Below are positions 31,936 to 49,148 of a stretch of 64,000 nucleotides of DNA, one piece after another. The number at the start of each line of letters is the position of its first letter. Position 1 is the stretch's first letter. The notes under the pieces are model-generated. The model was given only the letters and a program-made list of their open reading frames with translations. It had not been told where the DNA came from and ran no database searches. The stretch is from NCBI RefSeq assembly GCF_009914755.1, contig NC_060931.1. One strand, given 5' to 3'. Source of the DNA: the human T2T-CHM13v2.0 reference genome, Homo sapiens. The translations under genes and the position numbers were made by a program.

Positions 31936-32539
31936 ATATGGTCCAACCTTTTCAAATTTGCTGTACTAGGAAAAGGTCTTTCATCAACTAGTCCATTGTG
32001 TTGGTGGAAAAAGAAAGATTCTCTTTCCATCTGGATTTACAAGAGTCACATTTATCAGTCTGTATAATGATGCTCTCATGGCTTGTATAAGAACCTCTTT
32101 TGTACCCCCAAGTCTAAAAGTTATTAGTTTACATTTTTTACTAAGAGTTTTTAAATTATGCTGTTGATATTTTCATTTAATATACCTGTAGTTGACATCC
32201 CTACCATAGTAGGTAAGGGATATGAGGTAGAAATACAATTTCACTTTTTTTCTATATTGGTAGCCATTTTTTCAGTTCTTTTTGTTGAATAATACCCTAT
32301 TTCCTACTGGCTGGAGCAATGCTTCTATTTTATATCTAAGATCTGTAAATGGATCTTGTTCTGGCCTATCCTGTTGCATTCACCATTTGTCCATCCTTGA
32401 CACAATACCAATGGTCAATATAAATTACTAAAGTTTTATAATAAGACAAAGCAGTATGACAAGTTTCCTATTTTTCTTTCTTAGAAGTGTTCTACCTTCT
32501 CTTTGCTTTATACTTCTCCATATAAAATGTAGAACAATC

Positions 32540-32663
32540 TGGCTGGCATGTTGGCTCATGCCTGTAATTCTAGCATTTGGGGAGGCTCAGGCAGGAGGAT
32601 CGCTTGACCCCAGGAGTTTGAAACCAGCCTGGGCAACAAAGTGAGACCTTGTCTCAATTAAAA
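32540..32663 (+). mobile_element. FLAM (left Alu monomer)
   Basis: ggctcatgcctgtaattctagc...ccagcctgggcaacaaagtgagaccttgtctc. Confidence 0.85.
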
Positions 32664-33009
32664 TATTTTTAAAATGTAGAACCGTCTTAATAATTTCCAT
32701 GAACAACACTGTATAGATTATCACTGGAGAATTTATAAAATCTGTAAATCAATTGGGAAAGATTTAATATCTTTATATTGTCTTCCTAACCATGTGTATT
32801 GCTTGCTTCCATTATTTAGACCTTCTCTTACAAGTCTTAAAACAGTTATATAATTTTCTTTTCATAGCACCTAACCATTTTTGTACATTTATTCCTAGAT
32901 AATATTATCTGATACTATTGTTAATGTTTCTTAAACTACATTATCTATTACTTTGCTGTTAGTATACAAAATGCAGCTAACTTTTTCTGTATCAGTCTTA
33001 TAGCTAGCT

Positions 33010-33215
33010 CAGTGGTTGAGGTGATTTTGTCCCTCACAGGATATTTGGCACAATGTCTGGAGATATTTTTGATAATCCCAACTGGGAAGGTGATGTTATT
33101 GGCAACTAGTGGAAGAGGTCAAAGATGCTACTAAACATCCCACAAGGCACAGGACAGTGTCCTACAGCAGTAAATTATCCAAAATGTCAGTAGTTTCATG
33201 TTTCAGAAACCGTTG
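33010..33215. mobile_element. MER20 (hAT-Charlie MITE)
   Basis: atttggcacaatgtctggagatattttt...agatgctactaaacatcccacaaggcacaggacag. Confidence 0.8.
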
Positions 33216-33760
33216 CAAATTCTTTTATTATACCTAATAATTGATCTCTAGATTTTTTATTTCTATGGAAAGCATCAAGTTTTCTGCAAATATTTATATT
33301 TTTATGTCTCCCTTAACAGTTCTTGTAGCTTAAATATTTTTTTCTTCTTTTCTTATTGTACTATCTAGGACCTTCAGTACAATGCTAATAAGAAGTGGCA
33401 ATAGTGAACACCTTTGCATTTTTTTTAACTTTAAAAGAATGCCTCCCATATTCCCCAGTTAGTATCATATTCATTTAGGCCTTTTATGTGCACTTTTCAT
33501 CAGTTTAAGAAAGTCCCTCATATTCTAAATGAACTAATATTTTTATTATGAATATATTTTAAATGTTAGCAATCTTTTTTCCTTTAATCTGTTACCATAA
33601 TGAATTATATTTCTATATTTCTAAATGTTGCATTATGGAAACATGGAGTGAACACAACTTGATTTCAATAATTTGCATTTTTATTCACTATTGGATTCGA
33701 TCTGCTAATGTTTTGTTTAGAATGTTTACATTCATACTTATGAGTGAGAAGGATCTGTAA

Positions 33761-34159
<399 letters not shown>

Positions 34160-34231
34160 CCTATTGCCTGCAAATGTTTGAGTAAACTTGTAATAATATC
34201 TTTCTTGAAAGTTTTGTATAGCTCAACTGGA

Positions 34232-34640
34232 ATTGCCCTAAATGCCCACAGGATAGTGAACAAATCAATCATGGTATATGGTAAATTCATACAATGGAAT
34301 ATTATACTGCAGTCAAAATGGATGAACTACAGAGATGGCCACAAATATAGATAAATCTCAGCAATATATTAAATGAAAAAAGTAAGTATACAAAATACAT
34401 TTTATAAAGGTGTAACAATTACTTAAAATTTTTTCATTCATTTTGAGAAAGATGCAAGACAAATGTATTTTAAAAGGCAAAGGAGTGTTGTTGGTTATTC
34501 AGGAGGAATGAGAATGGGTTGGTAATTTAAATACATGTTTAAATATAGCTTTTTGTCAAAATACTAGCTTTTGGGGACATAAGAGTGTTTTCATAGATGC
34601 ATATTACATTTTTAAATAACTAACTAAATAAATGAAAGTC
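34232..34640 (+). mobile_element. L1ME-type 3' fragment
   Basis: ctaaatgcccacaggatag...catacaatggaatattatactgcagtcaaaatggatgaactac. Confidence 0.6.
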
Positions 34641-36125
34641 ACTTTGCATGGATCAATGATAACTATGTGTCATAAGCCAAACAGCCAATAAATAGAGGAA
34701 AAAAAAGCAGAAGAGGGAGGAGGAGGAAAAAAGGAGAGGAAGGGATAATGAAAGAGTGAGGGAAGGAAATGAAAGGTAGAAATAATAAATCAAATAACAA
34801 ACATTAAAAAAATGGGGAAAATCCACACTAAAACTATGGAAAAGAAAGGTATACTAAACAACAATTCTTTAACTTTCGTGTAACTCTGTGAATTAACTGA
34901 CTGCTACTTAGGCTTGCTATTGTGCCCATGGAGAATATGAATCCTCCCCGGAGGTCAATGAACCCAGACAAAATAGGTCACATACAGAATTGCCTTTACC
35001 CAATTCTCTAAAGCAGCTTTTCTGCACATTTTTAGATTTTACATCAGTCAACCTTCTGTCTGTTATTTCCAGTTTATAAACTATAACTGTGTGGGATTAG
35101 AATCGCATTACATTTTTAAGCCAAAAAGCTTAATTCATTTTTTTTCACTTTGTACACTTTTTAAAGAGTAAAATCAGGCAGAAAGTCACCTCTTCCCAGT
35201 TGAGTCATTATTTCACTTCTTGCTAAGTTTCAAATTGTTCTTTTATCTTGGGTTATGCATGCCTTTGTAATAATTTATTGTTTGAATAAGGTATAGTCTT
35301 TCAATGCATTTAACAATTAATATTTTCTTAATGTTTGCAGAATTACAGTGAGCCAATCAAATACACAGGACTTTATAGGAACAGATGCCTAAGTGTCTAA
35401 AGAAATAAAAAAAATATCAAACTAGGAGAGATCTACTCATCTCTGACAATAATTTATGGATTTAACTTAAAAAGATAGCAGATAATTTATTTATAATGGA
35501 CCTGATTTTCTGTAATTACATGAACTGTCAATGAATATTAGGCCACTGTGATAAATGTGAATTGTCTATGTTACTATGGTGATTTGAGGTGTTTCTATTC
35601 TACACTGCACGCATAACAATGTGGAGCATGATTAAAAGACATAGTGAAATATATTTTAAAATTGCTGTCAATTAAAAAGCAAAACATAGTCTGACTTTAG
35701 CATAATCCTTTCAGAAGCTGGCCTATCAAACTGATGAAAACAATAATTATTAGTTAATATATTGTCTTTTCAAATGTATCTAAAACATTTACAAAAATGA
35801 TTATTTTCTGCCAAAATGAAATGCTAGCAATCATGATTTTGAAATCTTAGTTCATATTCTCTGACCATTATGTGATAAAACATGAAATTCTTAACAAAAG
35901 CCTTAAAAAATTAAAAAGTTAACACAACACCAAATAAAAAAAAAAAACAATAGCCTCCAAAGATTTAGAACAAAAAACTAAGCACTTATTTTAATTAATT
36001 AGTCAAAGAAAAAATTAAAATTAAAATCATAGAGTGCTATTTAACAGATAACAATATATCAAAATACCTAAAGAATGTGACCAAGGCTGTCATCAGAGGA
36101 AAATTTAGAGAATAAAAAGTTTTAT

Positions 36126-38713
<2,588 letters not shown>

Positions 38714-39534
38714 GATATAGAGACACGTTTTTTTAAAGTTAAGCACCAAAATTAGATTATTTTTGTTAGTAAAGTGTAAACTAATCTAATTTTTCCTCTT
38801 TATTATTTTATTTCCTGTAATAATCATTTTATTTTTATTAAAAATACATTAAAAATATTTGCTTTGAATATAGGAAATATGGAAGACCTGGAAGAATAAA
38901 ATAAGAAAAGTTATATTTTGGTAAACAATACACATCGTATCAATGGCTAATATATGCAAATTTTAGCAGATAGAAGTAGCTCTCAGAATCTGCTGACCAC
39001 AATGCTTTCCCCCATAAAGTGGAGAAGAAATGTGGAAGAGCCTAGTTCCATTACCCTGGTTCTGTAAAAAACAAACAAACAAACAAAAAACAAATTACAG
39101 TTCACCAGTGAGTCCAGTTCAAGTTGGCCAGACTTGAACTGAGAAGAACACTAATAATATTCATGTAGTTTCATCTAAAAGATGTTAGTACCAGAAAATA
39201 AAAAGGAAATGTGTGTGTTCAACAATTGATGAGCGCTAGCATCAATGCTCCTGAAGATCTTGATGTTATTCGCTCTTGGTCTGTGTCTATAGATAGATAT
39301 AAGCTACTTGGAGCACTTGGATGACAAAATCTTTTTGATTAAAATGAAAACAATTGTTGTGCTAAAACAAATGATCGAAACAGTTTTCATGACACTGATA
39401 TTCTTATATCATTTAATCTTAAATGTTGAAGACCTTTAAATAGTTAAAAACATATCTGTTTTTTTGAAAAGCACTAGGAATTAAATCCATGTCCAAAAAT
39501 ACAATTTTTTGTATGTTAAAATAACCTCTTTCAC

Positions 39535-39655
39535 TAAATAACTATTTGGTACATATAGAATGTTCATATTAATCTATTTATATGTACCATATAAATATGT
39601 ACCATATAAATATTATATGTACCATATAAATAACTATTTGGTACATATAGAATGT
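39535..39655. repeat. 29-bp direct duplication flanking a 63-bp insert of inverted, reiterated local sequence
   Basis: taaataactatttggtacatatagaatgt at 39535-39563 and 39627-39655; three atatgtaccatataaat units between or overlapping. Confidence 0.9.
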
Positions 39656-42107
39656 AAAAATTGAAAGAATTTAAGTCCCTATTTTATAATTAATTCCATT
39701 TAGTTTTAATGCTAATTAAGAGAGAACACTCTATTTCTCATATTTTTAGTATATCACAAGTATATGAAAAAATGCCTATTTTATCTTAAAACAGCTATGC
39801 TTTCAATGTAATTTTATAGATTTTATTAGTATATTAGTTATCTTTTACAGAAGATAAACTACATAGAATTTAGTTTAAATTAGGAATAAATTTCTTGGCT
39901 TCATTTAAAAGGAGAAGGAGGTTATTATTCATGATCATTAGAGGAAATATCCTATTGCCATTTTAAAGTTCTTTTATATGGAAACACACTGAATTAAAAA
40001 GTGAAGGAATTAAGATTGATTAGAAGTGTTTTAAAGTGGCTTTTAGATGTATCTGCAAAAATAAAAAGTCAGTTCTATCCCAGGCCATTATCAGCTGTCT
40101 TGTTAAGTGCCCCTAGCATTCTCATATTGAAGTCCTGCAGTGCCACATAAAATAAGTCCTGGGGAAGATCTGACCCCACCTTGTGAATTTCTCTGGGCTT
40201 TGCCTTATTTCCCCTTCTCATTCATCAACTGAATGGGTTTCCTGACCCCACAGGCAAGTGAAACTTGGTTTCTCACTTTCCTTGTTTCCTTTGCATTTCA
40301 AAACTTAGCTCTAGACTATTCAATCTCAATGTTATCTTAAACCCCTATAGTATCTGGGGTTTGCTCATATTTTCTACTGGCTGCAAGCTCAAAATTGGTG
40401 TACCAGAGCGCTTTCTAACATAGCCCAGTCCTCCAACACACCTAGAAACACACCTGCCTACCTTCTCCCCCTGGCCTTCCTGCCTTCCTTCCTCCCCTCC
40501 ACCTTTCAGGGAGATTGTACATTTTCATCATCTCCACTGAAATGATTACTAATATTATCAAATGATTATTGGGTCCTTATTTGCAGATGTTATGAGTATA
40601 TAGAAATATAAGTCTAGCCTTTACTTAAGACAATACCTGAGATTTTAGTGATTTTATCTCCAAAGCAGTGATGTTAATGTTTACTTTTAATGATGAAATG
40701 TTAAATAATCTCCATGAGGGTCATGACTAGACAACCATCCAAAGAGAGAAGGGTCTAGCAGTAGAAAGAGCAGAGGCTTTAGACTCAAACCTGCCATCAC
40801 TGTGAGATCCTGAGACACCATCCCTGTGCATGTTCCCTCCTCTTACGGGGGTGAAAGTCACCCACATCATAGACTGGGCTGGAGAATTAAATGACTAAAC
40901 ATTTACAAAAGTGCTATATGTTGTCAATAATTGTTAGTCTCCCTCCCTCAGTGCCATGTCTATGAAAGTAGAATAAGTCAATAATTTTGTTCAGCCCAAT
41001 AACTAATTAATTCAAAAAGCTAATTTTATCTTTCCTTGCCCATTGATTTGATCAAGAGTATATAAAAAATAAACAAGTTGACATTCCATTTTCTTCAACA
41101 TGAATTCCCGTTTGAAAAGAGTTAATGCCTTATAGCTATTTATGCTCATATTGGTGACTAATATCAACTTTCTGTATTTCCCACTATATTTGGCTAATTG
41201 AAAAATTTATCAACTGAATCCAACTAACTCTAAAAATATATATTAATTAAGAACATTAAACTCATACGACCCTTTACTTTGAGTATTGTTGCCTTCTGTT
41301 GAGGCCTAACTTTATAGAGTTTTAATGCAGTTATTTGTTCCTGAGAATAAAATTAAAATTTGGGTACATCACAAAATGTATTCTTTCAGAAATATAATTT
41401 TTACACCACATGCTCTGAGGAGTTTTTTTTTAATTTCTGTTATGAGTCTCATATTTTTGAACTACCTCTCCCTAAGAACTCTGGTACATTACTGGAATTA
41501 GCATCAGTAGGCAAAATTCCCTATCCAAATGCATAACACAGGTGGCATACCTGTTCTTTATCTTACTTGGGAGAGGAAACCTGATCCCTTGCTTTGTGCT
41601 GACTGCTACTCAGATCACAGACACAATTGTTAAAGGACTATAATGTGATTCAGCTCAACCATTAATTTATGAGATAATAAATTTACCACTTTATTCAAAC
41701 AATATTAGATTTCCTAAATACACACAAGCATTTACACATCATAAATTCACCACTAAAACCACAAACATTCTTGTACTAGAAAGTTGATATTACAGGTAAA
41801 TGGGGCTGGCATTTCACATATATGTATTTTTTCAATTCATAAGGGGATGTTTTACACATTCCAAAATGTCTGAAAAGAAAATAAAAATATTCTTTAGAAT
41901 TTTTATGAAGCTATATTTTTCTTCCTTTGAAATTGCTAAATGCTTTATGCATTCTGATTTAAATGCCTTTTGGAATTGGGATTTCTGAAGTTTATAGATG
42001 CATTTACCTTTATGACTAAAAATCTCTCAGAAACTTATATAAAATACATATTTTGTATTTTTAAATTATGAGAACAGCATAGGAGAATAGTGTATATAAT
42101 ATGTAAA

Positions 42108-42418
42108 GTTATTCCCTGGGGTCCAGAGAGGCTTGGTTTCTAGACCTCCCATGGATACCAAAATCCAAGGACACTCAAGTTCCCGATATAAAATGGCATA
42201 TAACCTATGTACATCCTCCTGTATACTTTAAATTAACTCTAAATTACTTATACCTAATACAAGGTAAATATTATGTAAATAGCTGTTCCACTGTATTGTA
42301 TAGGTAATAATGACAATAAAAAAGTCTGTACATGTTCAATACAAATGCAATTTTTTAAAAAATATTTTCCATCCATGGTTTTTTGAATCTACAGATGCAG
42401 AATCCATGGATACCAACG
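42108..42418 (+). mobile_element. MER2 (Tigger-derived)
   Basis: catggataccaaaatccaagg...ctcaagttcccgatataaaatggc...aagtctgtacatgttcaatacaaatgca...gatgcagaatccatggatac. Confidence 0.8.
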
Positions 42419-43174
42419 ATACAAAAGAAGATTCTGCAACCCCCTTTTATCTGAAGGAAAAACAAAATCAGAGACCATACTTCCAGTTTTTTTTTCTGTC
42501 ATCTGAAAGCTTGTAGGAATTCATCTAAGTCTGTAGGTTATCTCATTAGTTAATTTGTTCTTATACCCTTACTAAATTCAAACACAAAATAGGAATTTTT
42601 ATAAAAATAACAAAAGCACAGTAATTGAAAGTGCCTTTAATAAACTGGATGCCTTGTGACATTTTATCTTTCAATAATATACAACTTATTTATATTTATT
42701 TAGGTTCTTTTTTCATTTTATTTAACTTTTGTTGCATGGATTTCTAAAGTTCTTCATCATCTCAATAGCAATGATGTTATTAAAATAGCTATGCCACATT
42801 TAAGGATAATTTGTAATGTTACCTTATAAGAACAAATGATCAAATTATCTCATTGGAGAGGAGGAAAAAAATAACACTTTATTGGCCCATTGTCAAGTTC
42901 ATTGATTGTATATCAACAAAAGAAAACTATTATCTGAGGGCCAATATCCAATTAAATATGCTAGCATGCATGTGAAAATGCATTATCCAGGAGAGAATAA
43001 TTAATTCAAAGCTCGAAGGAGTCATGACACCAAAAATCTATTTTTGAAATAGTCATACAATTTGGGTGCGAGGGAAGGATATGATAAGCAAAAAAAGAAA
43101 ATAAAAGAAAACCATATTGCTTTAACTGTACAGAATCATATAAATAAAAATGACTAAGGAACAAAAATAAGGAC

Positions 43175-43300
43175 TCTTGTTCTGGAGATGAGTAGTAGTG
43201 ATGGTTGTTCAACAAGGTGAATGCACTTCACATCACGAAACTCAAAAATAATTAAAATGACATATTCTGTTATGTATATTTTACTGTAATTTAAAAAAAA
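43175..43300 (+). mobile_element. Short L1MB/MC 3' end
   Basis: gttctggagatgagtagtagtgatggttgttcaacaaggtgaatgcactt...tgttatgtatattttac. Confidence 0.6.
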
Positions 43301-46299
43301 GAAGTTAAATAAATAAATAAATAATGGTTCTGGATATTTCCAGATAACAAACCACCAAAAAGCAAATACAAAAATGGCTTAGACATCGTTGCTCTGTTGA
43401 AAGATACTTATTTCTCCTTGCACAAAATATTACAGTGTAGAACATTAATGTCTCCCTGAAACATGTGGCTAGAAAAGAAGCATTAGCCTGTTGTGTAGGC
43501 CAAATTTAATTTGAGTAATTATGTTCTTGCTACCTCGAAGTCCCTTGAAGTCTCTCATAATCTGTGTCCCTTCTATGCTTAATCTATTTACAGCAGTCTG
43601 TGGCCTTTCGAGTAATCATTACCATCTGCCCCTAAGGTAGCTGCATTTCAGCAGAAGGGATCATGATTTCTGTATTTTAGAAGTACCCAACATGAACAAT
43701 TATTCCCCTGAAGGTAGATGATACAAATATATACGAGATCACCTGTGAAATAAATGAAAAATCTTCATAAAAATGGGTCATTTTTAGTAGTGATAATATT
43801 AATTTCCCATTCCTCCTATCTCCTGAAGTTTGTTTAAACTGACACTTTTCCATGATGAAGGTATATTTCGAAAATAAATAAATAAATAAAAGCATTATAT
43901 ACCACACTTTTCTGTAACATGGGTGTGATATGATTTTTTTAAATAATACATTTATATTTTTAAAATAAACTTTTATCAGGTGCTAAAATATATTTTTTGT
44001 TTAGTTTTGTAAACTGGGTTGCCTAAGTACCACTGATTAATTTTAATAACACTTCTTCTTTCCCTCATTGTGTTTCTAGAAAGAGCCAACTCTATCCACA
44101 AAAAGAAGGGGAGCATCTTGTATGACATAGAAGCCTCCAGATACCTTCCTACTGCTCTGGCACAAGGCAGAGAAATTCCCACTATTAGCATAACTATTTG
44201 GATTAACCACAAGATTATGTGTAAAATGCAAAAGAATTATTGCTTTGGGAAGTTAACCCACTAATTTGTTCATATATTAGCACAGACAACTTTATCTGTT
44301 AAATAACTCAATGCAGGATTCTGATGGGATGGGGCATATAGACAAGTAGGTTTATTTAGAAAGGCAGCCTAGAGTACTGGAAGGGGATGCTGGGTGGACA
44401 TGTATTGTAGGTCAGCCAGAAGTCACTAGAGAATGGAATGGAGTACCATAGAGAGGGCCAGCAGGATAAAAAGCAATTGTCAAGTATAAATCACTAGGAT
44501 GTACCTAAGATAACATTCGCCTGCGATGTAACTTAGTCTATCTTGCTTCTTAAGTGTATTTATAGAAGGTAGGGCGCTACAGAACAAGTCAGAAACATCC
44601 CAGTCTAGACACCCTGGAGCCACTCATTCTTTCCCTGAATATACTATACCAGGTTCTTCACCAAGTAATTTCTGTAAGTTGTCCCATGTATCTTTCCTTT
44701 GACTGTGGGCCCAGTTTCACTGGCCTTCTGGGCACCCCCCTGCCACTTCTGTACTCTACTTCAACCTCACTGCATTTTCCACCTCACGTGCCACTGAATC
44801 TCACCACACAATCTACTCTAGCCACGTGGTCCACTGGAGCTACACGCTGGCTTCCCCAGGGACATCCACTCTCCCAAAATTGCTCAAGCACTTCAAACAA
44901 CCTAAAATGCGTATCTGTCTTTTCTTCTGCTATGAAACTCTGAATCTTCTTTCAAGTGCTTGTCCAGATGCCACTTCCTTGGCATGCTCTTTTCCTGCCA
45001 TTCGGAAGTAACTTTAACACTTTGCTTGCATCTCTCTTTAGGGCATCTATTTTATTTTGCATGGAAGTGCATCTACTGACCACATAGTACATATGAGGTC
45101 ACAAATCGTAAGAGGTAAGGATGTATCCTCCCATCCCCTGGCATAGTGCCTTACCCAAAGCAGATGCTTAACAACTATTTATTAAATTTATTTCCAGCAG
45201 TGTGGGGTCCAAAGGCCCAAAGGGGGAGTTATTTGAGAGTGCAAAGGGGCAAATAGAAGGGACATGAAGACAATTCCATAGGCTTATCTCTCGGCTTCTT
45301 TGTACCTTTCTGATAGTTTTCTTAATTTTCAGTCTCATTACATTAGTAGGGGTCATAACAGTGCTGGAAGCCAGTCTCCAGCAGGACTAGCTCATTCTGG
45401 AGTCACAGCCAAGCAAGAAGAGGCAAAGTTAGGACATTTCTTCCCTGCAAGCCTAGGAAGGGTATTGTTTCAAAAAGCAAAAAGTGAAATTACACTAAAC
45501 TAAAGTAGCATGACAAAGATTAAAATAGGGGACAACAATATTGGGATTAATACTGATCACGATTAAATGAATAATGTAGCAATACCTGGATTTTCACTAG
45601 CCAGTTCTGGCAGTAATAATTTTGTGTTCAGCAGACTCAGAAGCTGTGGTGTGAATGAGACTAACAACTAAGCACTCTCTAGTTGGATGATGTGAAGAAT
45701 CATTTGCCACATCTTGCTGAAGAACATTACAGGTTATAAAAATGTCATCTAGACCATGCAGACAAGCCCATCTGTATTTAAGGCTGAATTCCTTTGAAAT
45801 AAAAGCACTCCATGTGGTTCAAATGGGTCTGTGATTTCAAATGTCAGAAAACTCTTAACACATAACCAGAACACACAGACCATAATAGGGCAATCGAAGG
45901 AATGTGAGATATGAAATCTTTCCAATAGTCTCACTTAGAGCCTAACTCATCAAAAGAGTCCATTTTATACATAAAGAAAAAAGAGAATGTTTTAAGAATT
46001 TTATAACATATCAATATAATTAATCAGAACCTATGATAGCCTTTAGTGCAATTAATGGCTGGAGTTCTAGTTCATGAGGCGTTAAGAAGGAGAGGTCAAG
46101 ATATTTATGATTGTCATTGGATACCATATGCCACATGTGGGAGAGAGGGAGGTGGAGTGTTTTATGACAATAAACTAGAATAACTAAGGATAAAATAGTA
46201 TTTCAAACTGAGGGAAAACAAAGCTAGTTTATTTTCTAGAATTATATCAATGAGCTAGATTGATGTTTGAGACGAAATCAACTACTTTAATACCTATGC

Positions 46300-46363
46300 A
46301 TATTGATTTATGTATAAAAATACGCATTTATATATTGATTTATGTATAAAAGTATGCATTTAT
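46300..46363. repeat. 32-bp tandem duplication (2 mismatches)
   Basis: atattgatttatgtataaaa(a/g)ta(c/t)gcatttat twice. Confidence 0.88.
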
Positions 46364-48178
46364 ATTACCAATCTCTCTCTCTGTCAGTATGGACAAAGAA
46401 TATATATTAGGGTGGGTGCATATATATTTTCTGCAGTTTTTGAGCCTAGAGGAAATCAGGAGTAAAGCTGTCTGGTTGGATTTCTTGACAACGTATGTCT
46501 ACTCCCCTCCTTCCATCCCTGTCATTTTCTGAAACTAGAGTAGTTGCTCTGGACCTTCCCCCCCTCCTACCCAATCTTCCTTCTTCCTTTCTGCTCTCTC
46601 CCCCTCTCCTGATTTCACTTTCTTTATTTCAGGTGTATACAGGTGGGAAAGCTCATGAGAAGAGCGTCCCTCTCTGAATTATATTTTGCTACCCTTCTTG
46701 CCATATCAAACCCAAAATAACTGAAAGAACATACTGCTCGGTAATATGTCATTAAAAAGTGAATTACCTCTAACCAAGAGGGTGTTTAATTATCTAGTGT
46801 GAATCAATATATTCTACTATTATTAGCACTTTTTAAAGAAAATTGGTATAAATGCACCATAAAATGTCATAATCACCTGCTTTATACACTACTACTTTGG
46901 TCACTGACAAAAGCCTGCATAGTTAACATCAGCTTATATTTCATTTTGAATCATATTCTTCAAGAGCTCTGTTAGCAATGGGAATACTTTACTTTTTAAA
47001 AGTTTCTCTTGCCTATATTTACGTGCTCTCTTTGTCCCCAGTGCAATGGTCTGTGACTATTCAATAAAATCTTTTAAACTGACCATCTACTGTTCTGAAC
47101 CCAAAACAAAGAAAAAGTCTGCAAATCTGTGGGATAAATTTAGGTTGGCTTAAGCTCTAGAATAACACATACTTTTAGTCCAATAAAAAGAAACTCACTA
47201 TGAGTAAGTGTCAGTGACTTCAAGAAGCTTACCTTTATTTGGTAAGAAAGACACAAATACTATTAATCAAAATAAAGAAAAAAATAGTATGTGACATGGA
47301 GTAAGCATGGTGCAGAGTGGCCCTTTGGGGAGAAAGAGCAAGATCATTTCTGCTGAGCACATGAGAAAGCTTCTTTGAGAAACTATTCACTGTTTTGTTC
47401 CAGCTACCATATGGAGAAGCTTTCTTACATTATTCCATTTAATCCTCACATCCCTGACAAGTAGGGAGTTTTACTATTTCATGATGAGAAAAATAAAGCT
47501 TAGAAAAATTCATTAATTTAGTGAAAAAAATTACCCATGGCCACTAATCCACAGGCCTCTTTCTACACCACTACATGATCTTGCAGCAGAGACTGGAGGG
47601 TGGGTGGGATTTGGAAAGGTAAAATGGGCAGAGTAGACAACATCAGCTGAGGCACAAAGGTATGAGGATCCAAAGCACATGTCTCTTGTGGCAAAATTGT
47701 TCTTTTTTATCTGAAAAAAAGAAAACTTCTCCACACTTTAACCTCCTGTCTTCCAGTTACACCTCATTGGCAAGACTGTCATGGGAGCTCCTCTAACTAG
47801 AACTTGGGTGGGCACACTGCTATCCCAAAGTAAATTAGACTGTATTCAGCCATACAAAATGAGTAGATATTGGGTAGGCACTAGCATCGTCTGTCATAAA
47901 GGGTCAGCCACATAGGAAGCACTGAATAAATGGTAGCTCTTCATTATTGTTACTACATCTCATTAGTCTAAAGAACACATTTCCTACACACAAACATTTC
48001 TTAATGAGTATATATTTTACAGTGGTTGTGAGGAGCACATTGCACAACTCGGCTTTGTGCTGAAGGTATTTGATGCTCATCCCTGCGTTACTTTCACTGG
48101 AAGCACCACACATCATTAGACTTTACATTTTTATTTCTAATTGTGATTTAAAATGTCATCAAAAAAGATGATACTGTA

Positions 48179-48496
<318 letters not shown>

Positions 48497-48579
48497 TGCT
48501 GTAATACAACATTCAAGCAAAGGGTTGTTACACCAAATACGATAGAGATAGAGTTGAAGAAAGCAGATTTCCTTTAAGA

Positions 48580-48812
48580 GGCAGTGTTGCTAGTGGTCAA
48601 AAACACACTTGCTGGAATCAGAAGCTTCCGATCTAGTTCTTCCACTCAAGAGCCAGGTGATTCTGGGGAAGTTACTTTCTCTCCTGTTTCTTATCCGTAA
48701 AATGGGGGTGACAATAGGGTAAGTGTAAGGATTACATGAGTTAATATTAATGAGTGCCAACAATTGTGTTTGGCACATAGGAAGTGCTTAATAAATGTTA
48801 ACTATCATTGTT
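48580..48812 (+). mobile_element. MIR
   Basis: tttcttatccgtaaaatggggg...aggattacatgagttaat...tggcacataggaagtgcttaataaatgtta. Confidence 0.8.
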
Positions 48813-48831
48813 AGTAATAATGTTGGAAGCA

Positions 48832-49113
48832 GGCCAGGTGCAGTGGCTCAAGCCTATAATCCCAGCATGTTGGGAGGGTAAGGAGGGTGGATTGTTTGAG
48901 CATAGGAATTTGAGACCAGCCTGGGCAACATGGCAAGACCCGTCTCTACCAAAATACAAAAAAATGGCTGGGCATGGTGAAGCATGCCTGTGGTCCCAGC
49001 TACTTGGGAGACTGAGGTAGAAAGATGGCTTGAGCCCCATGGGGCAGAAGTTTCAGTGAGCTGAGATTGTGCCACTGTACTCCAGCATGGGTGACAGAGT
49101 GAGAACTTGTCTC

Positions 49114-49144
<31 letters not shown>

Positions 49145-49148
49145 TATA
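48832..49148 (+). mobile_element. AluJ with A/(AT)n tail
   Basis: Full dimer ggccaggtgcagtggctc...gagaacttgtctcaaaa. Confidence 0.9.

Noticed and set aside
39535-39655. CRISPR-like repeat-spacer array
   Set aside because: Only two repeats, the 'spacer' is built from the repeat itself, and the context is a primate intron with no cas genes
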